Origin: an uncultured Phycisphaerales bacterium
GTDB lineage: Bacteria; Planctomycetota; Phycisphaerae; Tepidisphaerales; Tepidisphaeraceae
DNA length: 64,000 bases
Assembly: GCA_963758525.1 (NCBI GenBank)
Contig: CAVWVQ010000003.1
Span: 1,312,001-1,376,000, forward strand
Direction: 5' to 3'
Positions 51,828 to 61,697 of this stretch are shown in pieces. Under the pieces are notes generated by a model. That model saw nothing but the letters and a program-made list of their open reading frames with translations. It was not told where the DNA came from and did no database searches. A program made the translations under genes and the position numbers. Each line of letters begins with the position of its first letter. The first letter of the stretch is position 1.

Positions 51828-52513
51828 AGAGCAAGAAACCTCCGCTGCGGCTCCAACCCACGACGCTGTGGGAGTATCCCTCGCAGCACTATGGCCAGGG
51901 CACGCAGGGCGATCCCAATTATCGCGGTGCCACACCAAGCTATATTGTCTGGAACCTGCTGGAGCACTACACCAAGCCCAAAGACCTAGTGATCGACCCC
52001 TGCGCCGGCAGCGGCACCACGCTCGACGTCGCCCGCGAGCTGGGTCGGCGCGCGCTTGGCTACGACATTGCGCCCTCCAGAAAAGACATCTTCCGCGTCG
52101 ATGCCCGCAATCTCCCGCTGGAAAACGAAAAGGCTGACTTTGTCTTCATCGATCCTCCGTACTCGACGCACATTGAATACAGCGACGATCCACGGTGCAT
52201 CGGAAAGTTGGATGCTGCTGGCGGGGAGTATTACCGCGCAATGGAACAGGTGCTCTCGGAAATCCATCGCGTGCTTCGCAAGGATCGGCACATGGCGCTG
52301 TATGTCAGCGACTCTTTTGTGAAAGGGAAAGGTTTCTATGCCATCGGCTTTGAGCTTTTTGCGCGGATGCAAAAGCTCTTCGAGCCCGTCGACATCATCG
52401 CGGTCACGCGCCATAACAAAACGCTGGAAATGGGGAACTACCGCAAAGCCGCGGAGGAGGGGAACTTTTTTCTTCGCGGGTTTAATTATTTGTTCATCAT
52501 GTGCAAGACGTGA
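51824..52513 (+). CDS. Amino-methyltransferase (N6-A/N4-C DNA methylase or Trm11-like)
   Basis: DPCAGSGTT motif I followed by the DPPY motif IV; no adjacent restriction gene. Confidence 0.85.
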   Translation: MKSKKPPLRLQPTTLWEYPSQHYGQGTQGDPNYRGATPSYIVWNLLEHYTKPKDLVIDPCAGSGTTLDVARELGRRALGYDIAPSRKDIFRVDARNLPLENEKADFVFIDPPYSTHIEYSDDPRCIGKLDAAGGEYYRAMEQVLSEIHRVLRKDRHMALYVSDSFVKGKGFYAIGFELFARMQKLFEPVDIIAVTRHNKTLEMGNYRKAAEEGNFFLRGFNYLFIMCKT

Positions 52514-52524
52514 TCCGGAAAGAG

Positions 52525-52612
52525 AATTTAACCACGGATTACACTGATGGCACGGATAAGAAGGAATTTATTGCATTTCATCCGTGTAATCCGTGTAATC
52601 CGTGGTTAAATT
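52525..52612. repeat. Palindromic element (AACCACGGATTA ... TAATCCGTGGTT) with internal 9-mer repeats
   Basis: 17-bp perfect terminal inverted repeat and ATCCGTGTA units. Confidence 0.85.
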
Positions 52613-52642
52613 TTTTTCAAGTGATCGCATTGGAGGTATCGG

Positions 52643-54438
52643 ATGCCCATGATTTCCCCAGATCAGGCTAAGGACGAATATGACGTGGTGATCGTCGGCT
52701 CCGGCGCGGGCGGAGGACAAGCGGCATACACGCTCACGCTTGCCGGCTTCAAGTGCGTGATGCTGGAAGCGGGACGCAGCTATGACCCCGTTAAAGAGAC
52801 GCCGATGTTTCAGGCGAACTGGCAGGCGCCGATGCGCGGCGCGTCCATTCCGGGGAAGCCGTTTGGCTTTTACGACGCGACGGTGGACGGCGGGTGGGAA
52901 GTGCCCGGCGAGCCGTACACCAGCGCACACCCGGCCGGAAGAAGAATTCAAATGGTGGCGGGCGCATGATGGGAGGACGGACCAATCACTGGGGACGTAT
53001 CTCATTGCGCAATGGGCCGTACGACTTCAAACCCAAGTCGCGCGATGGACTCGGATTTGACTGGCCGATGAGCTACGAAGATGTCGAGCCGTACTACACG
53101 AAGGTCGAACGGCTCATCGGCGTCTACGGGACCAACGAAGGGATGGAAAACACGCCGAATTCTCCCGACGGCGTGTTGCTGCCGGCGCCAAAGGGACGCG
53201 CGGTGGAGCTTCTCACGCAGAAGCACGGCAAGGCGATGGGAGTTCCGTTTATCTCCGCGCACCGCGCGGTGCTTACCCGGCACCTCGATTGGAAAAACCT
53301 GCCCGCGAAGCTCCACCCGGGCAACAAATGGGCGCAAAAGATCGTCCGCGAGGCAATGGCCAATCGCTCGGCCTGCTTTTGGGCAACCAGTTGCGGCAGG
53401 GGTTGCTCGGTTGCGGCAAATTATCAGTCGACCACAGTGCATCTTCCGCCGGCGCTGGCGACGGGAAATCTTGATCTGATCTCCAACGCCCACGTCCGCG
53501 AGGTACTGGTCAACAAGGACGGCAAAGCGACCGGTGTGCTGTTTATTGACAGAACGACCGGAAACGAACGCCGTGTGAAGGGGAAGGCGGTCATTCTCGC
53601 CGCCGGCTCATGCGAGACGCTGCGCATCCTGTTGAACTCGAAGAGCAGCGGCAATCCGGCGGGTGTTGCGAATTCAAGCGGCCTGGTCGGCAAATATATC
53701 ATGGATACGACCGGCGCTGGTATGTCCGGTCAGATCCCGACGTTGGAAAATCTGCCGCCGTTCAACGAAGACGGAGCTGGCGGGCTGCACTTCTACGCGC
53801 CGTGGTGGCTCTATCAGGAGCAGAAGGCCGGCAAGTTGAACTTCGCGCGCGGGTACCACATTGAATTTGGCGGGTCGCGCCAGATGCCGGGCGCGGATAG
53901 TCCAGTGCCTGCGGAGTTGGCACGCGGAAGTTATGGCACGAAGTTCAAGGAAGACGCACGCCGGTATTTCGGTTCGTTTGTCTTCTTCGACTGCCGGGGG
54001 GAAATGATCCCCAACGAGCATTCGTATGCCGAGCCCGATCCGAACGTGAAGGACCGCTGGGACATCCCCGTGCTGCGGTTCCATTGGAAGTGGAGTGAGC
54101 ATGAGCTGAACCAGGTCGTGCACTCGCAGAAAATCTTCGCGGCGTTGATCGAATCGATGGGCGGCCGCGTCGACGGAAAGCCGGCCGGCGAAGGGTATGA
54201 ATGCATCAAGCGGCCCGGTTTCATCATTCATGAAGTCGGCGGGACGATTACTGGCGACGATCCGAAAAAGTCCGTCTGCAATCAATGGAGCCAAACCTGG
54301 GACGTGAAGAACCTGTTCCTCTGTGACGGCGCGCCATTCGCGTCCAACGCGGATAAGAATCCGACGCTCACGATCCTCGCGCTGAGCTGGCGGGCATGCG
54401 ATCACCTGATCGATGAGGCGAAGAAAGGAAACCTGTGA
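52643..54438 (+). CDS. GMC-family FAD oxidoreductase (sugar/glycoside dehydrogenase large subunit); two frameshifts near 52927 and 52964
   Basis: [26 protein letters not shown] and NPTLTILAL. Confidence 0.92.
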
Positions 54439-55133
54439 AAAACGAGCAGACGCTGATCGACCTGACTATCCACGGAACCGCGCCTCGCACGATTTCCCGA
54501 CGTCGGGCGATGCAATGGGTTCTGGCGGCCGTTGCTGCGTCGAGCCTGCGCCCCCCTTCGGGAGCGCGTGGCGGCGAACATCCAACAACTCTACCGGCGG
54601 GCATCGGATACGGGACCGATCCGAATCTGCTCAAGACCTACAAGCCCGGTGATCTGTGGCCGCTGACGTTGACTGCGCCGCAGCGCGCGACGGCAATCGC
54701 GCTTGCCGACGTCATATTGCCGAAGGACGACCTCGGCCCCGCCGCCAGCGAGCTCGGTGTCGTCGATATGCTCGACGAGTGGATTTCCGCTCCCTACGAA
54801 CATCAGCAGAACGATCGCGGGCCCGTCGTGACCGGCCTCGACTGGCTCGAAGCAGAGTCGAACAAACGGTTTCAAACCAGCTTTGCAAAACTTGACGCGA
54901 CGCAGCAGCATGCGATCTGCGACGATATCTGCTTTGTTGAAACCGCCAAGCCCGAATTTCGCGACGCCGCGCAGTTCTTCGCGAAATTCCGCTCGATCTC
55001 CGCCGCGGCGTACTACTCGACGCCGGAGGGTTGGAAAGCAATCGGATATGTCGGCAACGTCGCATTGGAAAAGTTCGACGGGCCGCCGGAAGAAGTGCTC
55101 AAGAAACTTGGCGTGACGCAGACGGTGGTGTGA
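54435..55133 (+). CDS. Gluconate 2-dehydrogenase subunit 3 family protein (Tat-exported partner)
   Basis: SRRRAM Tat motif, LADVILP, AYYSTPEGWKAIGYVGN; overlaps the GMC stop. Confidence 0.9.
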   Translation: MKNEQTLIDLTIHGTAPRTISRRRAMQWVLAAVAASSLRPPSGARGGEHPTTLPAGIGYGTDPNLLKTYKPGDLWPLTLTAPQRATAIALADVILPKDDLGPAASELGVVDMLDEWISAPYEHQQNDRGPVVTGLDWLEAESNKRFQTSFAKLDATQQHAICDDICFVETAKPEFRDAAQFFAKFRSISAAAYYSTPEGWKAIGYVGNVALEKFDGPPEEVLKKLGVTQTVV

Positions 55134-55316
55134 TTGTCAAGGTCAGAGAACGCCGAGAAGCACAAGAACAGCGGGAACGCTCAGGATCACGATGATCTGC
55201 GACACCACGATCGTCGCCAGGACGTGATCGAAGCGAAGGTATTTCCTGTACGCCACGCAGAGGCGATAGCTGAGGAAGTGGAACGGGGACGCAGCTAGTT
55301 ATTCCGCGCTTACCGC

Positions 55317-55526
55317 TCACATTTTCCCACCTTTCTGAATCTTCTTCGGGCGGCCCTCGCGGCGGACGGTATGGCCAAGACCCAGCTCATGGGCCATCTT
55401 GGCCGTCCACCCGGCGTTGCCCAGCGGCCGGCCACGTCGTTCGCTGGTTTCGATCGCCTCCCGCTCGGCGTCAGTCGGGGGCTGGTTTACCAGTTCAATC
55501 CGCTCCCGTCCACGCTCGACCGGCCA
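55317..55526 (-). pseudogene. C-terminal remnant of a RAYT transposase
   Basis: WPVERGRERIELVNQP..EREAIETSERRGRPLGNAGW..LGLGHTVRREGRPKK*; no HUH part upstream. Confidence 0.7.
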
Positions 55527-55744
55527 GGAGAAACTAAAGAACGTCTATCGTCACCAAGGCGCAAAGCCTGACGCTCTCTCGGGTCACCAACGCCTGATAC
55601 GGCAGCGTGGGGTCACTCCCCTGATGTGCCAGTATGGCGAGACGTGACCGTTGCAAGGAGAGAGTGGCCGCTGAAACCTCAATGCCCCACCCTGATTGCA
55701 AAGTCTGTTTTTGCCGCCGACCGCGGCAGCCGAAGGTCTATGCA

Positions 55745-55918
55745 CTAAACATTGTCGCCCAATTCATCCATGGCAGTCTTTAGTTCTCCCCTGCCGGATT
55801 CAAAGCCCGGGTTCGCCAGCAATTGGGTGCTGGACATGAGGACGCGACCTGGAAGCGCCTCGATGACGCATCCCATGTTCGTTCGTTTGCGACGCTGCTT
55901 GTTCTTTTCTGCGGCCAT
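55745..55918 (-). pseudogene. Stub of a planctomycete extracellular protein (leader only)
   Basis: MAAEKNKQRRKRTNMGCVIEALPGRVLMSSTQLLANPGFE resembles the ExLExRxLLS leader, then stops. Confidence 0.45.
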
Positions 55919-56064
55919 GGTGGCGTCCTTTGTGCTTGGTGGTCGATATGAAATCGAGCCGGTAGACGCACCCGCGGGTCTTGGCCGGCCGAGCTGATTC
56001 GCGATACGCCATATCAAGATAGCGAGAGTCGCAGTTCCGGCGTGTCAGAATTCAGGATATCGAC

Positions 56065-58440
56065 TTATCCGCTGTGACTGAGAGACGAAACCAGGAAATA
56101 CCTTGCGGTTGAGACGTTCGGGTACTTCAACTTAACGATTAGTTTCTTTTTAGCGCCGGGTTTGAGATGCAGGTGCTTCGCGGGCACGGTCGCAACGATA
56201 GTATCGCTCGCGTCGAGCGTCTGGTCTGTCGAGAGAAATAGCTCGATGCCAGTCGCTCCCGTGTCGAGGGCCGTTCCGGTATTTTGCACGATGACGCTGG
56301 CGGAGCCGGGCTGACCAAAATTCGGAACGACCGTCTGCGGAGTGATCGCCACGATTACGTCGTTTACGTAAGGTTTGGTGATCGCAAACGGACTTGACGC
56401 AACGACGCTCTCACCCTTCGAGGAATTGACGCGCGTGAGGACGTAGTAGGTGCCGGTTGGAAGTACAGGATACTTGAAGGCGAAGAGCAGTGTCGTCCCT
56501 TGTCCGGATTTCAGCTTGGAAAACTTCCGGGCGGGGCCGAGTTGCGCGTCGCTTCCGTCGAGTGTCTGATCGGCGGAGAGAAAGAGGCTCACGGTCGCCG
56601 GGCCGGAGAGATTAGCACCGCTTTGGTTGCTGATTCGCACCTTCAGATTGCCCTTGTTGCCAGCAGTGACATTGGCGGGCAGCGGAGCGATCACCGTGCC
56701 GGTGACCGGTGCGGGCGCTGGCGGAGGGATCGCAGCGGAAAGATCAATACCAAAGCCGCCAGCTGCTCCGGCTGCCGCAAACACGCCTGCTGTATTTTTG
56801 ATGGTATTCGGCTCGATGATCACCGTGTACTGTCCGTTGTCGGCGGCATCAAGTGTGCCGCCGGGAGGCGTAATTGCAAAATCGATGCGATTCGAGAGTT
56901 GGGACGTCACGCGAGTTGCGAATTGACTGAATCCGTTCGGGCCAGTGACCAGAACGCACGAGTTGCCGATCGACGAATTGTCGAGCGGCGCCTGGGATAG
57001 GAGCAACATCGTGAAGCGAACGGATGTTGCCCCTGCAACTGGTTCGCCATCGAGGTTGTCGAAGTCCACAAATAGACTGCTGTCACCTCCACCACCGTTG
57101 TCAGCATTTTCCCAAAGCTCGGTCCCGTGGACGCCATCGTCGGCACTGAAGAACAAAGTCCTATCGACGTAGGTCAGGTTTGATTGATTGGACGAGGCAT
57201 CGTTGCCAATAAGCGTCGTACCGTATGTGGTGCCGTCGCTTGTCCAGAGCCCGTCCCCATTGCCAGGGTCGTTTGCGGTGAAGACTAAGCTTTCACCGCC
57301 AGAGGTAAGGCTTCCGATGCTTGAAAACGAATGCACCTCTGATGTCCCGACCAGCGTCCCGTCACTTTTCCAGAGGTCGCTGAAGGTGTTATCGAAGTAG
57401 ATGTTGCCGAAGGTGAAATACAGTTCGCCGTTCACGTTCGTCAGTTCTGCCGGATTAGAACCATCTGGCCCCCCGACGATGTCCTTTACCAACTGGGTCC
57501 CCGCCGCAGTGCCGTCGGTCTTCCAGAGTTCGCGGCCATCAACTCCGTCGTCTGCCTCGAAAAACGCATTGGTGCCGGCCACCGTGAAGGGGCCGGGATG
57601 CGCACTCCCGGATGGGGGAGTATACCCGAACGACTTGATGGGAATTGCGCTGCCGATTGTTCCGTCGCTTTCGAACAATTGACTGCTGTTGAGGAAGCCG
57701 TTCGTGAATATCAGCTTTCCGTTGATCGTACCCAGATGATTAAAGCTATAGTCCTCGTAGACGTCGGTCAGCGAATTCCCGTCGGTGGACCACAGTGCCA
57801 TCGGACGAGTGTATTCGTCGCCGTTCATGCTGTCGGCGAGAAAGTACAGATCATTGCCAAATGCCGTAAAATCGAATGGCACCCCATCGTTGCCCACGCT
57901 TCCAACCTGGCCGACCGGATAGGTTCCAGCCGAGGTTCCGTCACTCCTCCAGATGTTGTAAATTCCGCCGTACTGCTCGACCCCATGCACGAAAACAAGC
58001 ACGCCGTTGTCATTCGCGAGCGAGCTGTTCACACCCGAAGTATCGGGAACCGCAACTGTGCCATTCGCTGTCCCATCGCTCTTCCAGACGGCCGATTCGA
58101 TGCCGTCATTTGCAATGAAATAGAGGGTTCCATTCACGTTCGTGAGCGAGGTCGGACCCGAACTTGCGACGCCAGGATTGATGTCCTTCACCATGACGGT
58201 GCCCGCTGCGGTACCGTCTGACTTCCAGAGCTCAACACCGTGGGAATCATCCTCGGCGGTGAAAAATAGGCCGCCGTTGACGTTTGTCAGGTTCGCGGGA
58301 GACGATGAGGTTCCGCCTGGGAAAATGTCACTTACAAGTTGAACTGAGAACAATCGTCTGGGCTCAAGAAATTCGCAGGACGCGCGGCACAAAGCTCCTC
58401 CCCCAAATTCGTCGGAGACCAGACGCTCTCGCCTTCGCAT
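56065..58440 (-). CDS. ELWxxDGT-repeat extracellular protein with a LEPR-xLL leader and C-terminal CARDB/Ig-like domains
   Basis: EFLEPRRLFS; several ELWKSDGT/LWxxDG repeats; two LFLSxDQTLDxSD modules. Confidence 0.88.
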   Translation of the reverse strand: MRRRERLVSDEFGGGALCRASCEFLEPRRLFSVQLVSDIFPGGTSSSPANLTNVNGGLFFTAEDDSHGVELWKSDGTAAGTVMVKDINPGVASSGPTSLTNVNGTLYFIANDGIESAVWKSDGTANGTVAVPDTSGVNSSLANDNGVLVFVHGVEQYGGIYNIWRSDGTSAGTYPVGQVGSVGNDGVPFDFTAFGNDLYFLADSMNGDEYTRPMALWSTDGNSLTDVYEDYSFNHLGTINGKLIFTNGFLNSSQLFESDGTIGSAIPIKSFGYTPPSGSAHPGPFTVAGTNAFFEADDGVDGRELWKTDGTAAGTQLVKDIVGGPDGSNPAELTNVNGELYFTFGNIYFDNTFSDLWKSDGTLVGTSEVHSFSSIGSLTSGGESLVFTANDPGNGDGLWTSDGTTYGTTLIGNDASSNQSNLTYVDRTLFFSADDGVHGTELWENADNGGGGDSSLFVDFDNLDGEPVAGATSVRFTMLLLSQAPLDNSSIGNSCVLVTGPNGFSQFATRVTSQLSNRIDFAITPPGGTLDAADNGQYTVIIEPNTIKNTAGVFAAAGAAGGFGIDLSAAIPPPAPAPVTGTVIAPLPANVTAGNKGNLKVRISNQSGANLSGPATVSLFLSADQTLDGSDAQLGPARKFSKLKSGQGTTLLFAFKYPVLPTGTYYVLTRVNSSKGESVVASSPFAITKPYVNDVIVAITPQTVVPNFGQPGSASVIVQNTGTALDTGATGIELFLSTDQTLDASDTIVATVPAKHLHLKPGAKKKLIVKLKYPNVSTARYFLVSSLSHSG

Positions 58441-58485
58441 AATTTTCCTCCGTATCAAACGGCACCAGCAGCGCAGTTCCCGGAT

Positions 58486-58884
58486 TCAGTCGACCCGCAT
58501 CGCTTGCGCTCTTTCATCGTCGTTCAGAAATGGCGATGAGTGCACCGCCCCATCCAACGATGCCCGGAGCATTTGCCCTTGGGCGCGAATGATGACGGAG
58601 AAAACGTAGAACACCAGCCACACAAAGGACGCCGCGAAGAAAGAGGCAATTTGAACAGCAACGTCCCCGCCACCGTTCGAACGATGCGCCGGATGCGATC
58701 CCACAGTGTGGCCTTGGGTGGTATAAAGGAAGGCGCCCCCAAAAAGCAGCAGCGCGACCAGTGCGCCTAAGACGTTTAGCGTCGTGCCAAGAGCTATCAC
58801 CGCCTTGGCAACGCGGTACGCATCGTTGTATCGCTTCATCACCTTTGCCGTAGAAACCGGGCGGGGCGCGACTTGAACTGTCAT
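58486..58884 (-). CDS. Two-TM hypothetical protein
   Basis: GGGAGG RBS; two hydrophobic segments; C-terminal AQGQMLRASLD. Confidence 0.75.
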   Translation of the reverse strand: MTVQVAPRPVSTAKVMKRYNDAYRVAKAVIALGTTLNVLGALVALLLFGGAFLYTTQGHTVGSHPAHRSNGGGDVAVQIASFFAASFVWLVFYVFSVIIRAQGQMLRASLDGAVHSSPFLNDDERAQAMRVD

Positions 58885-59463
58885 TGGATTCCTCCCATTT
58901 GACTTGTGCCACACCATCGTCGCGAATGCAGTAATAACCGGATTCCACTCGGAGTCAAGAAGAATCGTCGTTGCAATTTCGTAATGCGTCCTCTGAAGGC
59001 TTCGATTTCGCGTTGCACAAGGGTTTGGAAATCAAGGCGCGGCGGGCTGCTGCGGATTTGCCATTGTGGTTTCTTCTTCATGCGCACCAAAAACGACAGA
59101 GTTGGTGCCATGACTGTGACACTCATGGCCGCCTCCGAAGGTTGTTGTCTTGGAGCAGTTCGGAACCTCCCGCCCTCGCGAGATTCCGTTTGTCCAATCG
59201 CTCCCCATCCCATCGCCCTGACCCAGGATGAGCCGGGTGGAATGACTGATACCTATGAAGCGTGCGCGGCTTTGAGCGAATGTCACCTTGCGGGAATTTA
59301 TTTTGACCCCGCCCCGTCGCTGGAATGTACCCGGCCTGCACGATACCTTGATTTCCGGAAAATGAGCGAACTCTCGGGCGAATTGCGCGAACTCCAATTG
59401 CTTCTGGACCGGCACCTTGCGGGTGAAGCGGGCGGAAAGCTGTAAAGGTGACATCCACCGTTT

Positions 59464-59750
59464 TCATTTGTCATGTTCCGGCACCTTCGGCCGCGTCTCG
59501 GATTCAGAGTGTACTGCAGCCACATCCGGCCGGCCATTTTCGGGGTCGAGGGATCGACACCGAGGCGGCCGGCCACGCTCGAAGCTGAGTGCGACCGTGC
59601 GACCCGTTTTACCGCGGCCGGATCGATCGGCTCGTTCACCAGCGCCGTCCAGTTCCGCGGGCGGTCGATTGGCCAATCGTCGAGGAGCTTTCTGGCCAGC
59701 TCCTTTTGGCAGCCCAGGCTGGACCAGTGCCAGTCCTGCGCCCGCTCCAT
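59464..59750 (-). pseudogene. C-terminal remnant of a RAYT transposase (degenerate)
   Basis: ERAQDWHWSSL...WPIDRPRNWTALVNEP...RGRP...LQYTLNPR.RPK, with frame disruptions. Confidence 0.7.
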
Positions 59751-60678
59751 GGCGGCGGTTTTTCGAGCGGAAGCCAAGTGGAGTGCGGCCACGGGTTATA
59801 CTGCCGGCATCCTGCAATCTTGCTTCTCATCCGGGCTATCCGAGCCATCCGCGGTTAGATCTCTTCGGCCTCGAATGACGCGCCTCCCGGAGATACCCGG
59901 AGATGGGGCGAGGCGAGCGGCTGCTGGGGAGAGTGTCTTTCTCCCTCCCACGGGTGAAACACGCCAGCATAGTACCGCCATCAGCCACAGTGCAAGCAAT
60001 CTTTTGTTAGTTACTCCGGGGTCAAAAATGTAAAGTTTTGTAAAGTTATGTAAAGCGAAGCCGCGTTTTTTGCATGGGAAGCGGGTTTGATGATGTGCAG
60101 CCGCTTGCATTGTTCCGGAGATGTAAAGCGATCGGTGGGCTCGCGCGGGAACGGCGCAGGGCGTCCGGCTTCGGCGTGCGATCTTGCACGACAGCGGACC
60201 TCTTCAGTTTCTTCCGCTCAGCCGCGCTCCGCGCATCGATCCGCCGGGAGCCCGTCGCGGACTTCGGGTGGCAGTCGCCGCGACGACCGGGGTGCGGGAC
60301 GACGGAGGGGTTCGGCTTGTCGGTCGCCGTTCGACGACCAAATCACCCTCACCCCAGCCCTCTCCCGGAGTACCGGGAGAGGGGGAGAGAGGGCCGATGG
60401 GCGAGGAACGGGTTGCTGGCGGCGCGGCACACTCTTGGAGGGTGCGCCGCGTGAATCCCAGGAGTGTGCCCGCAGCATCAGGCGGCGATGAGGTTACAGC
60501 GGGAAATGTAACGTCATAAAGTGGCGAGGCTCCCGCGGAACATGGCGCAGAACCTCTCAAAACCTGTCAAAACCTCTCAACTTGACTCGCGCGACTCCGG
60601 CGGCGCGGCATGCAGTGGCGGAGGATTCGCAAGCGGAATTGACGCCGCAAGGGCGGGGAGAGGCGAACTGCGGAGCGG

Positions 60679-61011
60679 TTACCGCGGCGAGACGAACACT
60701 GGCTCGCCCTTCGGACTCGACTGGGCGGGGTGATTGCGGGTGAGGTAGTCGTTCATCGTGAGGACAAGCATGATGCAGAGCCAGAGGATGCCGGCGCCGG
60801 CGACAAACCAGGTGGTCCAGCTTTCATTCTTCATGTGCATGAAGAAGAGGACGATCAGCAGGCCCTTTGCGCAGGCGATGGCGACGGCTATGCCGTTGTT
60901 GGGGTAGCGGCCGATGTCGATGTAGGAGACGCCGACGGTGATGGCGAGCAGGACGAGCAGGATCACGTAGATCGTGACGTAAAGTTTTACCGAATGAGCT
61001 GGTGTGGCCAT
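60679..61011 (-). CDS. Cytochrome c oxidase subunit IV family (caa3-type)
   Basis: YVILLVLLAITV, AKGLLIVLFFMHMK; last gene of the cox operon. Confidence 0.9.
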   Translation of the reverse strand: MATPAHSVKLYVTIYVILLVLLAITVGVSYIDIGRYPNNGIAVAIACAKGLLIVLFFMHMKNESWTTWFVAGAGILWLCIMLVLTMNDYLTRNHPAQSSPKGEPVFVSPR

Positions 61012-61020
61012 GGTGTCCCC

Positions 61021-61697
61021 TTATCCTTGTCGCAGGAGGTACAGAGCCGGGTAGAGAAAGACCCAGACGATATCTACGAAGTGCCAGTAGAGGCCGAAGA
61101 TTTCCACCGGATTGTGGTATTCCGCGGAGAAGTGGCCGTGTCTGGCGAGGACGATGAGCACGATCATGATGCTGATCCCGACCAGCATGTGGGTGGCGTG
61201 GAACGCGGTCATGATGAAATAGAAGAGCATGAAGAGCCGCTCCTGAGGGGGCGCGGGTGCTGCTGGCTGGCGGGTTTGGAAGCCTCGTCGGGAGGGATGG
61301 TGGTGAAGTTGATGCCGGGGACCAGGCACTCGTGTGTCTCCAGGGAATATTCGAACCCCTTGAAGCCCAGGAAAATCAGGGCGAAGACGATGGTCAGGCC
61401 GATGTGGAGGACGATGCCGCGATCGTTTCCCTGTTTGGCGCTGCGGACGGCCAACGCCATGAACAGACTGCTGGTGAGCAGGACGGCGGTATTGATGCCG
61501 CCGATCCAGAGTTTGAGATCTTCGCTGCCATGGCGAAACGCGTCGGGCCAGCGGGTGCGATAGACGGTGTAGGACGTGAAGAGCACGCCGAAGAAGAGGA
61601 CTTCGGTGGCGAGGAAGAGCCACATGCCCAGCGTCGCGGAATGCGTCTGCTGCTCGATGTCTTCGTACTGCTGCTCGACATAGGCGGGCTTAGACAC
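61021..61697 (-). CDS. ctaE: Cytochrome c oxidase subunit III; frameshift near 61250
   Basis: [13 protein letters not shown] and NTAVLLTSS; after the shift, MTAFHATH and [11 protein letters not shown]. Confidence 0.92.
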
